A stretch of 64,000 bases of DNA. Origin: Squalus acanthias. Taxonomy: Eukaryota. Each line of letters begins with the position of its first letter. Position 1 is the stretch's first letter. Made by a program: the position numbers and the translations under genes. This document shows positions 11,791 to 25,380 of this stretch, piece after piece. The stretch lies in the NCBI GenBank assembly GCA_030390025.1, contig CM059438.1, positions 61,444,001 through 61,508,000 of the forward strand, read 5' to 3'. The notes beneath the pieces are model-generated. The model did no database searches, was not told the origin of the DNA, and worked only from the letters and a program-made list of their open reading frames with translations.

Positions 11791-13200
11791 GGGGGCTAAA
11801 TTGGATAATCCCCAAAAACGGGCGCAGGGATTGCGATGCGTGATTAACCCTGCACCCGTTCATAACAATGCAGGTATCATGCCAACTTCGTGCTGCCTGC
11901 TCATTTCCTGATTTTTGCATGCAGCCAGCACTCCCCACGCTATTCATTGGCTGCACGCATCAGCAGAAGGTCCGATCTCATGAGTGCTTCGTGCTACTTA
12001 AAGGCAGCCTGCACCTCTTAAAGGGGAGGTGCATTGTCACTGGTGGTGGTGCTGAGATCATTCTGAATATTGTGCTGTGGAAGATCCAACAATGGCTGAC
12101 CATGGGAGACAGCATGCACCAAGGTTTTCAGACACTGCACTGGAGGTCTTGATGGAAGAGGTGGAAAGAAGGAGAGATGTCCTGTATCCTAAGGAGGGGG
12201 TTGGAAGCCCTAAAGACACACGATGAGAAGGCAGTGGGAAGAGATAGCGGCGGAGGTCAATGCCAGGGGTGTAGTCCCAAGGAGCTGGACGCAGTGCAGG
12301 AAGAAGTTTAATGATCGCACACAAGTTGTCAAGGTCAGTGAATGCATCTTCAAATGCCTTATCCTACCAACTGCACTACTAGCCTCAGCCACTGCTCAAT
12401 TCAATGCACCCCCATCATTCACCTACCAACAATCGCTATCAATCAGGACTCAACCCTAAAATTCATACGCTTTACCTCACCCTCACACACTGTTGCAAGC
12501 CTCGCACCCATATCTCACGGCTTGCACATACTGCCAGTTATTCAACCATGACAGCCACATCACCCAAACAGATTGAACGACACTCCCTGACACACTTTCC
12601 TCTTTCTTGCAGGAGAAGGTGGAACACAACAGGAGGCAGCAGGAATTAACGGGAAGGGGAGAGGCACATCTGCATGTTTTAACCCCCATGGATGACACAG
12701 TGCTGGCCATTATGGGAAGGACCATTGCTGAGGCCGTGGCCACCGGCAGGGCTGAAGCCACTGAAAATGAGGGTATCCGCATACCTAATCCTCCTTCTCA
12801 CATCCCACTTCTCCCTCATCCCTCAATCTCTTCTGACTTACAAGCTGCAGATGGTGTAAGTCTGCACTTCTTACTATCTCCTCTCCCCTCACTGCAACCC
12901 AACCCTTGTCCCTTTTTCATTTCAGATACTCAAGAACTGCAACTTGCCCAGGCAGTGGTGGAAGAGCAGGAAGACAGTGAAGATGAAGGAACACCTTCAT
13001 CAAAGGATAGCACAGGTGCCAGCTCGCCGGAGGGCGCGGTCACACACTAGTTCTGCTGCAGAGGATTCAGATGAGGATTTCGATGGGCCAGGCTACAGAA
13101 GAAGGCTGATGGTAGTACACAACAAAATGCTTGGTGCATTGGGAAGCCTGCCAGAAAGCCTGTGTTCAATGTCAAGGAGCATGGAGGAGTCCGGAGTCAT
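11791..13200 (+). mobile_element. Truncated Harbinger element (left TIR + Myb/SANT gene)
   Basis: Starts gggggctaaattgg; TATA-like tacttaaagg at ~11995; spliced Myb ORF follows. Confidence 0.8.
12092..13195 (+). pseudogene. Harbinger Myb/SANT (trihelix) gene; exons 12092-12333 (frameshifted), 12613-12772, 12926-~13195
   Basis: APRFSDTALEVLMEEV...WEEIAAEVNARGVVPRSWTQCRKKFND; canonical GT/AG sites. Confidence 0.85.
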
Positions 13201-13509
13201 GAGCCATGTCACTGGGTGATAATCCTTGTCGTCCAGTGTCGCTCATTTCACTTAACCCTCCCCTCCCTGAAGTCAAATAAGTTTGGACCATCTTACTCGG
13301 TTGAGCACAAATACATAACAATGGGTAGCAGCTTTCACTAACTGGCCTTTCCGGTAGCTGGAAAAAGTCAGGCAGAGCAGGAAATGGACATCATACTAAT
13401 GTGGGTGAACTGGGTGAGTTACAGTATTGTCCCATGGTTGGGGTTGAATTGCTTCAATTAGGTTATCTGAGGGCAAAGGTTTGGCCTCTGACCTACGTCC
13501 TACCTTGAG

Positions 13510-13690
13510 GACAGTCAGAGCTTTCAAGTGTGAAATCGATACATTTTTCTTAGATAAGGGTATCAAAGAATATGAAGCAAAGGCGGGAAAATGGAGTTGA
13601 GGTGCAGATCAGCCATGATCGAATCGAATGGTGGAGCAGACCCGAGGGGCTGAATGGCCTCCTCCTGTTCCTAATGCTGCTATGTTACTA
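13510..13690 (+). mobile_element. CR1 3' UTR fragment
   Basis: gatcagccatgatc...gaggggctgaatggcctcctcctgttcc. Confidence 0.8.
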
Positions 13691-14167
13691 TGACCAAGGG
13701 TCGTTGAATGCTGCCGATTAGTGCAAGATGAAAATCTGTTCCTTTAGTCTCATCTGAGTCTCTGCCTCTGCAGGCACAAACAGAATGAGCCTACAACAAA
13801 ACATCTAATTACATTCAGAGCAGAGCATGGGACCAATGTTCCCTTCGGCTCGAAAAAAATTGGAAATGCTCCTCTCGAATCAAAAATTGATGACCAACTG
13901 ATGAAATTGTAGGAGTCCTGTGTAGGAAGTGTAGGAGCTGTAGGAGGTTTGGAGATGTAAGATTTCCAATAATAAAGCGAGGAAGGAATGATGATATATG
14001 TTTAGGTCAGGATTGTGTGTCACTTGGAGGTGTTGGTGTTCACATGGTATTCTGCTGTTGTTCTTTCACATCATGGGGATTGGACATGCTGTCTAAGTAA
14101 GCTTGATGAGTTGATGCAGTGCGTCCTGTAGATAATACATATTGTAGGCACAGTGCACCAGTAGTGG

Positions 14168-14317
14168 CTATCTGGGTTATACCCCCTCATACACTTAATA
14201 TCTGGGTTATACCCCCTCATACACTTAATATCTGGGTTATAACCCCTCATACACTTAATATCTGGGTTATACCCCCTCATATAATAAATATCTGGGCTCT
14301 AAACTCTCATACACTAA
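14168..14317. repeat. 30-bp minisatellite (tatctgggttataccccctcatacacttaa), ~5 units, resumes at 15213-15230
   Basis: Direct tandem copies visible. Confidence 0.9.
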
Positions 14318-15212
14318 GGGGGAAAAATTCAGTTGGTTGCGCCTCCCATTAGCGCCTTAAGAGGGCGCTAATGGGGCACAAAGCATCTAGCGCCCGGGCG
14401 CGGCGATGTTTGCGCCACTCGCGAAATTAACTAGACATTTTGCGGCGGCGCTAAACACTACCGCCACGATCTCCTGCGCCGGCAGATCGTGACGTCAGTC
14501 GAGTGCGCAACGCCCCGGTATCGCCCCGGAGCGGATATTGAGTGGCGCCCCCTGCCTTACCGCCTGACGCTAGCAACGACAGGTTGAGGGGAGCGTTTTG
14601 CAGTCAGGAAGGGACTGGGGGAGCGCTATTTAAAGGTGACCGCTTCCTGCCTTTTATTGTTGGTGACATTTTAGAACCACGCATTCTGAGAGAGAGAGAG
14701 AGAGAGACTTCTGGAGAGATTCAACGCTGTGTGAAGGAGTTTTGGGTACTGAGCAGCACTTTGCAGGTTCATTTTGATTTGCCCTTCCTTGTATCGATTT
14801 AGAAGAGATTGTGGGGGCTGCACTCTGAGCTCTTTCCCTGGTACTCACCATTGTTCTTTCCAGCAGATTTGATGTGCAGGTCTCTCCAGGCCGAGATTCA
14901 AGGCTGCAATGAGCAGGATGTGGATGGAAAGAAAGATCAACCCTCCCCTTTAAGAACTGGCCCACGCCATTGTGTCTGTGTTCCATTGCTGACTGACATC
15001 ACATGAGCTTCGCCAGCGCTCTGAGGTAGCGCCTCGCTCCTCGGCCTTTGCGCCTTAAGACAGGTGTGAAGCGCCTGATTTAGCGCTCCAATCACCTCCA
15101 GGGGCGATAAAAGTCAAGTTTGCAGTCGGTGGCGATAATTAGCGCCAGGCGCTAATCTTTGCGCCGGGCCGATAATTGCGCCCCAAATGGGGCGATACTG
15201 AATTTCTCCCCC
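14318..15212 (+). mobile_element. ~0.9-kb Harbinger MITE family A, copy 1
   Basis: TIR gggggaaaaattcagt / actgaatttctccccc; homologous to 19766-20658 and 53616-54474. Confidence 0.9.
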
Positions 15213-15230
15213 AAATATCTGGGTTATACC

Positions 15231-15349
15231 ATAGCAAAATACTGCGGATGCTGGAAATCTGATATAACAACAGAAAATGCTGGAAACACTCAGCAGGCCA
15301 GGCAGCATCTGCGGAGAGCGAAACAGAGTTAACGTTTCAGGTCTGTGAC
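15231..15349 (-). mobile_element. Penelope-like pLTR fragment (hammerhead truncated)
   Basis: Same family as 457-554; retains gacctGAAAcgtta but lacks CUGAUGA. Confidence 0.75.
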
Positions 15350-18320
15350 GCTACACAACCGCTACGAAAAACCATAATAAGAATGAAACCGGACGGACCA
15401 CCCGGCATCGACCTCGGCACCAGCTACGGACACGGCAACAGCACACCCAGCCCAGTCGACCCTGCAAAGTCCTCCTCACCAACATCTGGGGACTTGTGCC
15501 AAAATTGGGAGAGCTGTCCCACAGACAAGTCAAGCAACAGCCTGACATAGTCATACTCACAGAATCATACCTTTCAGACAATGTCCCAAACTCCTCCATC
15601 ACCATCCCATGGTATGTCCTGTCCCACCGGCAGGACAGGCCCACCAGAGGTGGTGGCACAGTGGTATACAGTCGGCAAGCAGTGGCCCTGGGAGTCCTCA
15701 ACATTGACTCTGGACCCCATGACGTCTCATGGCTTCAGGTCAAGCATGGGCAAGGAAACCTCCTGCTGATTACCACCTACCACCCTCCCTCAGCTGATGA
15801 ATCAGTACTCCTCCATGTTGAATACTACTTGGAAGAAGCACTGAGAGTAGCAAGGGCACAGAATGTACTCTGGGTGGGGGACATCACCAAGAGTGCCTTG
15901 GTAGCACCACTACTGACCGAGCTGGCCGATTCCTGAAGGACATAACTGCCAGTCAGGGCCTGCGACAAGTGGTGAGAGAACTAACACGAGGGAAAAACCT
16001 ACTTGACCTCGTCCTCACCAATCTACCTGTCGCAGATGCATCTGTCCATGACAGTATTGGTAGCAGTGACCACCGCACAGTCATTACGGAGACGAAGTCC
16101 TGTCTTCACACTGAGGACACCCTCCATCGTGTTGTGTGGCACTACCGCCGTGCTAAATGGGATAGATTCAGAACAGATCTAGCAGCTCAAAACTGGACAT
16201 CCATGAGGTGCTGTGGGCCATCAGCAGCAGCAGAATTGTATTCCAACACAATCTGTAACCTCATGGCCCGGCATATCCCTCACTCTACCACTACCATCAA
16301 GCCAGGGGACCAAACCTGGTTCAATAATGAGTGTTCAAGAAGGAGCAGCACCAGGCGTACCTAAAAATGAGGTGCCAACCTGGGGAAGCTGCAACACAGG
16401 ACTACGTGCATGCTAAAAAGCAGAAGCAGCATGCTATAGACAGGGCTATGCGATCCCACAATCAACAGATCCGATCAAAGCTCTGCAGTCCTGCCACATC
16501 CAGTCGTGAATGGTGGTGGACCATTAAACAACTAACGGGAGGAGGAGGCTCCATGAATATCCCCATCCTCAATGATGGTGGCGCCCAGCACGTGAGTGCA
16601 AGAGACAAGGCTGAAGCGTTTGCAACCATCATCAGCCAGAAGTGCCAAGTGGATGATCCATATCGGCCTACTCCCGAGGTCCCCACCATCACAGAAGCCA
16701 GTCTTTAGCCATTCGATTCACTCCACGTGATATCAAGAAACAGCTGAGCGCACTGGATACAGCAAAGGCTATGGGCCCTGACAACATCCCGGCTATCGTG
16801 CTGAAGACTTGTGCTCCAGAACTAGCCGTGCCTCTAGCCAAGCTGTTCCAGTACAGCTACAACACTGGTATCTATCCGACAATGTGGAAAACTGCCCAGG
16901 TATGTCCTGTCCACAAAAAGCAGGACAAATCCAACGCGGCCAATTACCACCCCATCAGTCTACTCTCAATCATCAGCAAAGTGATGGAAGGTGTCATCGA
17001 CAGTGCTATCAAGCGGCACTTACTCACCAACAACCTGCTCACTGATGCCCAGTTTGGGTTCCCCCAGACCACTCGGCTCCCGACCTCATTACAGCCTTGG
17101 TCCAAACATGGACAAAGGAGCTGAATTTCAGAGGTGAGGTGAGAGCGACTGCCCTTGACATCAAGGCAGCATTTGACCAAGTGTGGCATGAAGGAGCCCT
17201 AGTAAAACTGAAGTCAATGGGAATCGGGGGGAAAACGCTCTACTGGCTGGAGTCATACCTAGCACAAAGGAAGATGGTTGTGGTGGTTGAAGGTCAATCA
17301 TCACAGCCCCAGGACATCGCTGCAGGAGTTCCTCAGGGCAGTGTCCTAGGCCCAACCATCTTCAGCTGCTTCATGGACCTTCCCTCCATCATAAGGTCAG
17401 AAATGGGGATGTTCACTGATGACTGCACAGTGTTCAGCACCATTCACAACTCCTCAGATAATGAAGCAGTCCATGCCCCGCATGCAATAGTACCTGGACG
17501 GCGTTCAGGCTTGGGCTGATAAGTGGCAGGTAACATTCACGCCACAGAAGTGCCAGGCAATGACTATCTTCAACAAACGAGAGTCTAACCACCTCCCGTT
17601 GACATTCAATTGCATTACCATCACCGAATCCCCCACCATCAACATCCTGGGGGGTCACCATTGACCAGAAACTTAACTGGACCAGCCACATAAATACTGT
17701 GGCAACAAGAGCAGGTCAAAGGCTAGTTATTCTGCGGCGAGTGTCTCACCTCCTGACTCCCCAAAGCCTTTCCACCATCTACAAGGCACAAGTAAGGAGT
17801 ATGATGGAATACTCTCCACTTGCTTGGATGAGTGCAGCTCCAACAACACTTATGAAGCTCGACACCATCCAGGACAAAGCAGCCCGCTTGATTGGCACCC
17901 CATCCACCACCTTAAACATTCACTCCCTCCACCACCAGCGTACCGTGGCTGCAGTGTGTACCATCTACAAGATGCACTGCAGCAACTCGCCAAGGCTTCT
18001 TCGGCAGCACCTCCCAAGCCCGCGACCTCTTCCACCTAGAAGGACAAGGGCAGCAGGCGCATAGGAACGCCACTACCTCCAAGTTCCCCTCCAAGTCACA
18101 CACCATCCTGACTTAGAAGTATATCGCCAATCCTTCATCGTCGCTGGGTCAAAATCCTGGAACTCCCTCCCTAACAGCACTGTGGGATTACCTTCACCAC
18201 ACGGACTGCAGCGGTTCAAGAAGACGGCTCACCACCACCTTCTCAAGGGCAATTAGGGATGGGCAATAAATGCTGGCCTTGCCAGCGACGCCCACATCCC
18301 ATAAACGAATTTAAAAAAAA
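15350..18320 (+). mobile_element. Near-complete CR1/L2-group LINE with decayed APE+RT ORF and no visible ORF1
   Basis: [56 protein letters not shown]; tail gggcaataaatgctggccttgccagcgacgcccacatccc. Confidence 0.9.
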
Positions 18321-18361
18321 CAATCCTCTCACACACTGGGTGTTCGAGTTATCCCCCTCAC

Positions 18362-19310
18362 ATGAGGGAAAAACCTACTTGACCTTGTCCTCACCAATCT
18401 ACGTGTCGCAGATGCATCTGTCCATGACAGTATTGGTAGCAGTGTCCACCGCACAGTCCTTGTTATGATGAAGTCCCATCTTCACACTGAGGACACCCTC
18501 CATTATGTTGTATGGCACTACCACTGTGCTAAATGGGATAGATTCAGAACCAATCTAGTACCTCAAAACTGGGCCTCCATGAGGCGCTGTGAGCCATTAG
18601 CAGCAGCAGAATTGTATTCCACCACAATCTGTAACCTCAAGACCTGGCACATCCCTCACTCTACCATTACCATCAAGCCAGGGGACCAACCCTGGCTCAA
18701 TGAGGAGTGTAGAAGAGCATGCCAGGAGCAGCACCAGGCGTACCTAACAATGAGGTGCCAACCTGGGGAAGCTGCAACACAGGACTACATGCATGCTAAA
18801 AAGCGGAAGCAGCATGCTATAGACGGAGCTAAGCGATCCCACAACCAACGGATCAGATCAAAGCTCTGCAGTCCTGCCACATCCAGTTGTGAATGGTGGT
18901 GGACCATTAAACAACTAACGGGAGGAGGAGGCTCCATGAACATCCCCATCCTCAATGATGGTGGAGCCCAGCACGTGAGTGCAAGAGACAAGGCTGAAGC
19001 GTTTTCAACCATCCTCAGCCAGAAGTGCCGAGTGGATGATCCATATCGGCCTCCTCCTGAGGTCCTCACCATTAACAGCTGCCAGCCTTCAGCCAATTCA
19101 ATTCACTCCACGTGATATCAAGAAACGGCTGAGCACACTGGATACAGCAAAGGCTATGGGCCCCGACAACATCCCAACTGTAGTGCTGGAGACTTGTCCT
19201 CAAGAACTAGCCGTGCCTCAAGCCAAGCTATTTCAGTACAGTTACAACACTGGCAGCTACCTGACAAAGTGAAAAATTGTCCAGGTCTGTCCTGTCCACA
19301 AAAAGCATCC
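18362..19310 (+). mobile_element. Internal fragment of the same LINE family
   Basis: Homologous to ~15985-16925. Confidence 0.9.
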
Positions 19311-19624
19311 GAGAACCTGTGCACCCTCTCCCTTGGTCCCTGAGCCATCCTGCAACATGCCGATGTGTGTCAGCCAGTGCACTCCACACCTTCAGTGGAA
19401 GTGGGTGCAAGGAGCCCACATATACAGCTCCAGGAAATTTGCATCTAATTAGCACATGAGTGCTAAACTTGCAGGTGTCAGGTTTAGCGCCTCCGGGCAA
19501 GATCAAATCAGCAATTAGGACCAAAATTGTGCGCTAAAACCAGACTTTCAAACAGGCGTGTCTTATGAGCACAGCACCCATTTAGCGCCTGTTTTCACCC
19601 TTTGGCCAAAATAACCCCCAGTAG

Positions 19625-21225
19625 CTTTGATCCTCCCAATGCTGAGATGGAGGAGGGCAAGACTGGATGTCAGAGAAGCAGTTTGACAGCACAGAAGCAG
19701 TTGACGGTTCGAGAGATGTGGTGGAAATGGAGAGCTGGGTGTCAAATGCTTACGTATGGAATATAGGGGTAAAAATTCACTTGGTTGCGCCACCCGTTAG
19801 CGCCTTAAGAGGGCGCTAATGGGGCGCAAAGCCGCTAACGCCCGGGCGCAGCGATGTTTGCGCCGCTCGAGAACTTAACTTGAGATTGTGCGGCGGCGCT
19901 AAAACTTACCGCTGCGACCACCTGCGCGCGCAGATTGTGACGTCATTCCATGGTGCAACGCCCTTGGGGCGCCCCGGAGCGGAAATTGAGTGGCGCCCCC
20001 TGCCTTACCGCCTGGCGCTTCCAACGACCAGAAGACTGGAACGCTATCAATCGCTGTGGGGCTGGGGGGAGCGCTATTTAAAGGGGGCCTCTTCCTGTCT
20101 TTTATTGTTGGTGGCATTTTTGAACTACGCATTCTGAGAGAGAGAGGGAGAGACTTCTGGAGAGATTCAACGTTGTGTGAAGGAGTTTTGGGTACTGAGC
20201 AGCACTTTGCAGGTTCATTTTGATTTGCCATTCCTTGTATCGATTTAGCAGAGACCGTGGGAGCTGCACTCTGAGCTCTTTGCCTGGTGCTCTCCATTGT
20301 TCTTTCCAGCACATTTGATGTGCAAGTCTCTCCAGGCCGAGATTCAAGGCAGCAATGAACAGGATGTGGATGGAAAGCAAGATTAACCATCCCCTTTAAG
20401 AACTGGCCCGTGCCATTGTGTGTGTGTTCCATTGCTGACTGACATTACATGAGCTTCGCCAGCGCTCCGAGTTAGCGCCTCACTGCTCGGCCTTTGCGCC
20501 TTAAGAGAGGTGTGCAGCGCCTGCTTTAGCGCTCCACTCACCTCCCGGGGCGGTAAAAGTGAAGTTTCCCGTCAGTGCCGATAATTAGCGCCAGGCGCTA
20601 ATATTTGCGTCCGGACGATATTTGCGCCCCAAATGGGGTGCGACCTAATTTCTACCCCATAATCTCCATGAGGGGCAACAACAACTTGCATTTATATAGC
20701 GCCTTTAACGTGGTAAAACGTCCCAATGCGCTGCACATCAACAAAATTAGACACCGAGCCACATAAGGAGCTATTAGGACAGGTGACCAAAGGATTGGTC
20801 AAAGAGGTAGGTTTTAAGGAGCGTCTTAAAGGAGGAGAGATATTGGAGGAGGAGGATGTGGTCAAGCACTGCAGAGAGCTTGAAGAGAACAAGGAGGGTC
20901 AAAGCACCAGGGTCCAGTCACAAAGGACGTCATCCCTGACTTTGGTTAGGGCCATGTTAGTGCTGCAAGATGGGTGGAACCCAGACTGCAAGGATACAAA
21001 CAGGGCGGTAAGGCAGAGATGGGCATAGAGCCAGGTGATAAGGCACATTTAAGGACCTTAGAAAGGAATGGGAGGTTAGAGTGGAGGCAGTAATAGGCGA
21101 GGACAGAGGGGTCGAGGATGGTTTTTCGAGGAGGGCTCATTAATGGCAGTTTTGAATGGGCGAGGGATGGTGCCCGAGGAGAGAAAACCATTGACAATGT
21201 CAACTAATATGGGGGCCAGGAAGGG
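19625..21225 (-). mobile_element. Old L2 RT fragments interrupted by MITE A copy 2 and a younger L2 tail (20676-20845)
   Basis: YADDTQL-like region near 19735; NLPFLSKVL motif; L2 tail (ttg)n. Confidence 0.6.
19766..20658 (+). mobile_element. Harbinger MITE family A, copy 2, TSD ATA
   Basis: ata|ggggtaaaaatt...aatttctacccc|ata. Confidence 0.9.
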
Positions 21226-22242
21226 TTTATACCTCTGACACATTGGGGGAAACTTTCACCTTCACTGCTTGGGTGGTAATCTGGCGGCGATTGGATTTCA
21301 GTTTTCTGCCAAAGTGGCAAAGGGGAAAATTACCCTCAATGCGTATAAGGGTTATATCCCGCACGCTTGGTATTGGGATTATATCCTGCATACTGGATAT
21401 TGGGATTAAACACCTTACATGTTGGGTGTCAGGATCTATACCCCTTCACGGACTGTGTAACCGTCTGCTTAAGACACTTGAAGGACTGGCACTGTTAGTG
21501 TGCATTTATATATTGCTAACAAATTAAACTGGCGAACAGACATGTTCTGTAATGAGTTCTCCGAAATTTCACGAATATAAGAAAGACAAATTTCATGAAT
21601 ATGAACAGAAAGTATTAAAAAAAAACACGGACCTATTTACATTTGAAACCTGGGAGTGTTAACATCCAACAGACTTTACACAGGGATAAAAGTGGAGGTT
21701 GACAGCAGCAGAGCCCCACTTGTCTCATGAGTCTATTTTCTCTGTTAATTGCTTTAAAATGAGTCCAAATGCACACACACCGTCCTGCAGTATTTAATGT
21801 GAACACTTTGTACTGCACCTTCATTAAAGGGGCATGTAAGTGTGTGTGTGCTGATTGACAAGGGGCTCCTTAAGCACATGAGAGTTCTTCAGACCAGATG
21901 TCAGTACATTAGCACTGAAAGTGGAATGTTTAATATGATTCTTTCAATCACACTGGTACATGCAGTACTCTTGCATCTAATACTCTGGCACCAGGTCAAG
22001 CATTTGGGCCTCAACGATGAATAAAGTGCTTTGCTGAGCCACTTGCCATTGTGTTGGGAAGGTGTTGGGAAAGTGCAGTGTGCTGCCACAGACCAGTTTG
22101 GACCATGGCCTGTTCGAGTCGCATGAATCCGCTGTCTCAGAGGCAAACTTCAGTCCGCAGCTGGTTACCCTGCCACCAAGGGAGGTCAGAGGGGATTACA
22201 ACAGAGATACTGGGACGCACGGGCAAAGCAACTTGTTCCAAC

Positions 22243-22690
22243 AATAACTTGTATTTATACAGCGACTTTAACATAGTTAAACGTCCCAAGGTGCTGCACA
22301 GGAGACAAAAAAAATTTGACACCGAGCCACATAAGGAGAAATTAGGGCAGGTGGCCAAAATCTTGATCAAAGAGGTAGGTTTTAAGGAGCGTCTTAAAGG
22401 AGGAAAGAGAGGTAGCGAGGCGGAGAGGTTTAGGCAGGGAATTCTAGAGCTTAGGGCCCAGGCAGCTGAAGGCACGGCCACCATTGATGGAGCGATTATA
22501 ATCCGGGATGTTCAAGAGGGCAGAATTAGAGGAGCGCAGATAACACGGGGGTTGTGGGGCTGAAGGAGATTACAGAGATAGGGAGGAGCGAGGCCATAGA
22601 GGGATTTGAAAACAAGGATGAGGATTTTGAAATCGAGGCGCTGCTTAACCGGGAGCCAATGTAGGTCAGCGAGCACAGGGGTGATGGCCG
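22243..22690 (-). mobile_element. L2 LINE 3' fragment
   Basis: ITPVLADLHWLPVKQRLDFKIL. Confidence 0.9.
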
Positions 22691-23084
22691 AACGGTTCCT
22701 CACAAGTAAATCCTTTCCTCAAACTGCCTCCCTTCCTCTGACAAGAAAAAGTGGACATATAACATTTACAAGGGAATGTATTCACCCTAAATTCACTGTC
22801 ACTAGTAACGCTGTCCTACAGCAACAGCCCAGGTCTCTTTCAGCTCCTCCATCATACAAATCAACACTTTCAGGTCGTACAGCTCTTTGAGTGGAAAAAT
22901 AAGCCTCCAATTTGTAAGCTGTTAACAGTAATTTATTATTAAATTGAATTTTACATGATTTGATAGTTATGGAAAAGTCACCATGATACTGTGCCCTCAG
23001 CTCACAACTCAGGGGAGAAGCAGAGTGGTCACCAGCCATCCCTAATAAAATGGGATCATCCATGCCTTTGTTACCTCTAGACTT

Positions 23085-23655
23085 GACTATTCCAATGCAT
23101 TCCTGGCTGGCCTCCCACGTTCTACCCTACGTAGACTTGAGGTCATCCAAACCTCGGCTGCCCGTGTCCTAACTCGCACCAGGTCCCGTTCACCCATCAC
23201 CCCTGTGCTCGCTGATCTGCATTGGCTCCTGGTTAAGCAACGCCTCAATTTCAAAAGTCTCATCCTTGTTTTCAACTCCCTCCATGACCTCGCCCCTCCC
23301 TATCTTTGTAATCTCTTCCAGCCCCGCAAGCACCCGAAATATCTACGCTCCTCTAATTCTGCCCTCTTGAGCATCCCTGATCATAATCGCTCAACCTTTG
23401 GTGGCCATGCCTTCTGTTGCCTAGGCCTTAAGCTCTGGAATTCCCTTCCTGAACCTCTCTACCTCTCTACCTTTCTCTCCTCCTTTAAGACGCTCCTTAA
23501 AACCTACCTCTTTGACCAAGCTTTTGGTCATCTGCCCTAATTTCTCCTTATGTACCTCGGTGTCAAATTTTTGTCTTATAATACTCCAGTGAAGCGCCTT
23601 GGAACATTTTACTACGTTAAGGGTGCTAAATGAATACAAGTTGTTGTTGTTGTTG
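23085..23655 (+). mobile_element. L2 LINE 3' fragment
   Basis: LDYSNAFLAG, LADLHWL, FKTLLKTYLF, (ttg)n tail. Confidence 0.9.
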
Positions 23656-23784
23656 AAGTTATCAGTTGGAATTTAGCGCAGGAATACTTGGAGGATAAAA
23701 TAAAGATGTGATGTGGTGTATTGCCCCTTCAGTTGCAATTCAAACATTTCTTGCAGAGTTTATGTTATCCATGCTTTTGTTCCA

Positions 23785-25103
23785 GAAAAAATCAAAGAGC
23801 AAGTTATTATCTAAATGGAAAGAAACTGCAAAGTGCTACAGTACAAAGGGATCTGGGGGTCCTGGTGCATGAAACACAGAAGGTTAGTATGCAGGTACAG
23901 CAGGTGATCAGGAAGGCCAATGGAATCTTGGCTTTTATTGCAAGGGGGATGGAGTATAAAAGCAGGGAAGTCTTGCTTCAGCTATACAGGGTACTGGTGA
24001 GGCCACACTTGGAATACTGCATACAGTTTTGGTTTCCATATTTAAGAAAAGATATACTTGCTCTAGAGGCAGTTCAGAGAAGGTTCACTCGGTTGATTCC
24101 GGAGATGAGGGGGTTGACTTATGAGGAAAGGTTGAGTAGGTTGGGCCTCTACTCATTGGAATACAGAAGAATGAGAGGCGATCTTATCGAAACATATAAG
24201 ATTGTGAGAGGGCTTGATCGGGTGGATGCGGGGAGGATGTTTCCACTGATGGGTGAGACTAGAACTAGGGGGCATAATCTTAGAATAAGGGGCTGCCGTT
24301 TCAAAACTGAGATGAGGAGAAACTTCTTCACTCAGAGGGTAGTAAATCTATGGAATTTGCTACCTCAGAGAGCTGTGGAAGCTGCGACATTAAATAAATT
24401 TAAAACGGAGATAGACAGTTTCCTAGCTGATAAGGGAATTAAGGGGTAAAAATTTAAGGGGTAAAAATTGAGTCGCGCCCCATTTGGGGCGCTAACCTCG
24501 CCGGGGCGCGACTTTTAGCGCCCCGAAAAAATTAGCGGCCCCGCGCCGGAACTTCAGTGGTTGCGCCCCAAGAGGGAAGCGGGGCGCAACTGGAAGCAGC
24601 CCGCATCCCTCTTGGGGCGCTGCGAGTGAATATCCTGGCGCTACGTGCCGCAGCGCCACGCGCTGCGGCACGTCGCGCCGCGGTATTGCAGGCCTTCCTC
24701 CCCTTCTTAAAGGGGAGGGACCCTGCGCAGCGCGAACCGGGGCCCAGCTGGGCCCCCAGGGATCGGGAGTGCCGGCAAAAGAGCCCGGCACTCAAGAGAA
24801 GTGCCGGGCTCTTGGAGCGCAGCCGGCACTTCACGGTGGGGGGGCTTCACGGGGGCCGGGGGCAGGTGCTGGCAGGCGGCCAGCAACAAAAATGGCCGCC
24901 TGCCACCTCCGCTTTAAATATCGCCGCCCCGGCCGCACGTATGCCTCCCTGAACCCGTCGGACATAGCGTAAGGGTTATGGGGAGCGGGCAGGGAAGTGG
25001 ACATGAGTCTGGGTTCGGATCAGCTATGATCCTATTGAATGGCGGAGCAGGCCCGAAGGGTCGTATGGCCTACTCCTGCTCCTACTTCTTATGTTCTTAT
25101 GTT
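23785..25103 (+). mobile_element. CR1 3' portion interrupted by a GC-rich insert at 24443-24969
   Basis: ORF 23721-24449 (RDLGV, RPHLEYC, FFTQRVV); 3' UTR resumes at 24970. Confidence 0.9.
24443..24969. mobile_element. One-ended Harbinger MITE derivative with duplicated TIR, TAA flanks
   Basis: taa|ggggtaaaaatt-taa-ggggtaaaaattg...gcg|taa; left end resembles the reverse complement of the family A right end. Confidence 0.7.
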
Positions 25104-25114
25104 CCCTCCAGACT

Positions 25115-25380
25115 CGACTTCATTTATATAGCACCTTTAATGCAGTAAAACATCCCAAAGCGCTTCACAGGAGCGTTATCAGACAAAATTTGACACCGAG
25201 GCACATAGCGAGATATTAGAACAGGCGACCAAAAGCTTGGTTAAAGAGGTAGGTTTTTAAGAATGTCTCAAAGGATGAGCGAGAGGCGGAGAGATTTAGG
25301 GAGGGAATTCTAGAGCTTAGGGCCTCGGCAGCTGAAGGCATGGCCACCAATGGTGGAGCGAAAAACATTGACATGAAGCA
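25115..25380 (-). mobile_element. L2 3' fragment
   Basis: FLKTYLFNQAF; L2 tail. Confidence 0.8.

Noticed and set aside
14654..14986. Similar ORF in all three MITE A copies
   Set aside because: Similarity follows from repeat identity; stops and lengths differ between copies and no domain is recognisable
22782..22920. Candidate minus-strand exon (AYKLEAYF... or LTNWRLIFPLKEL...)
   Set aside because: Weak splice signals and no homology; not supportable
24492..24972. Overlapping Ala/Arg/Gly-rich ORFs or host CpG-island promoter
   Set aside because: Explained by a GC-rich MITE inserted in a CR1
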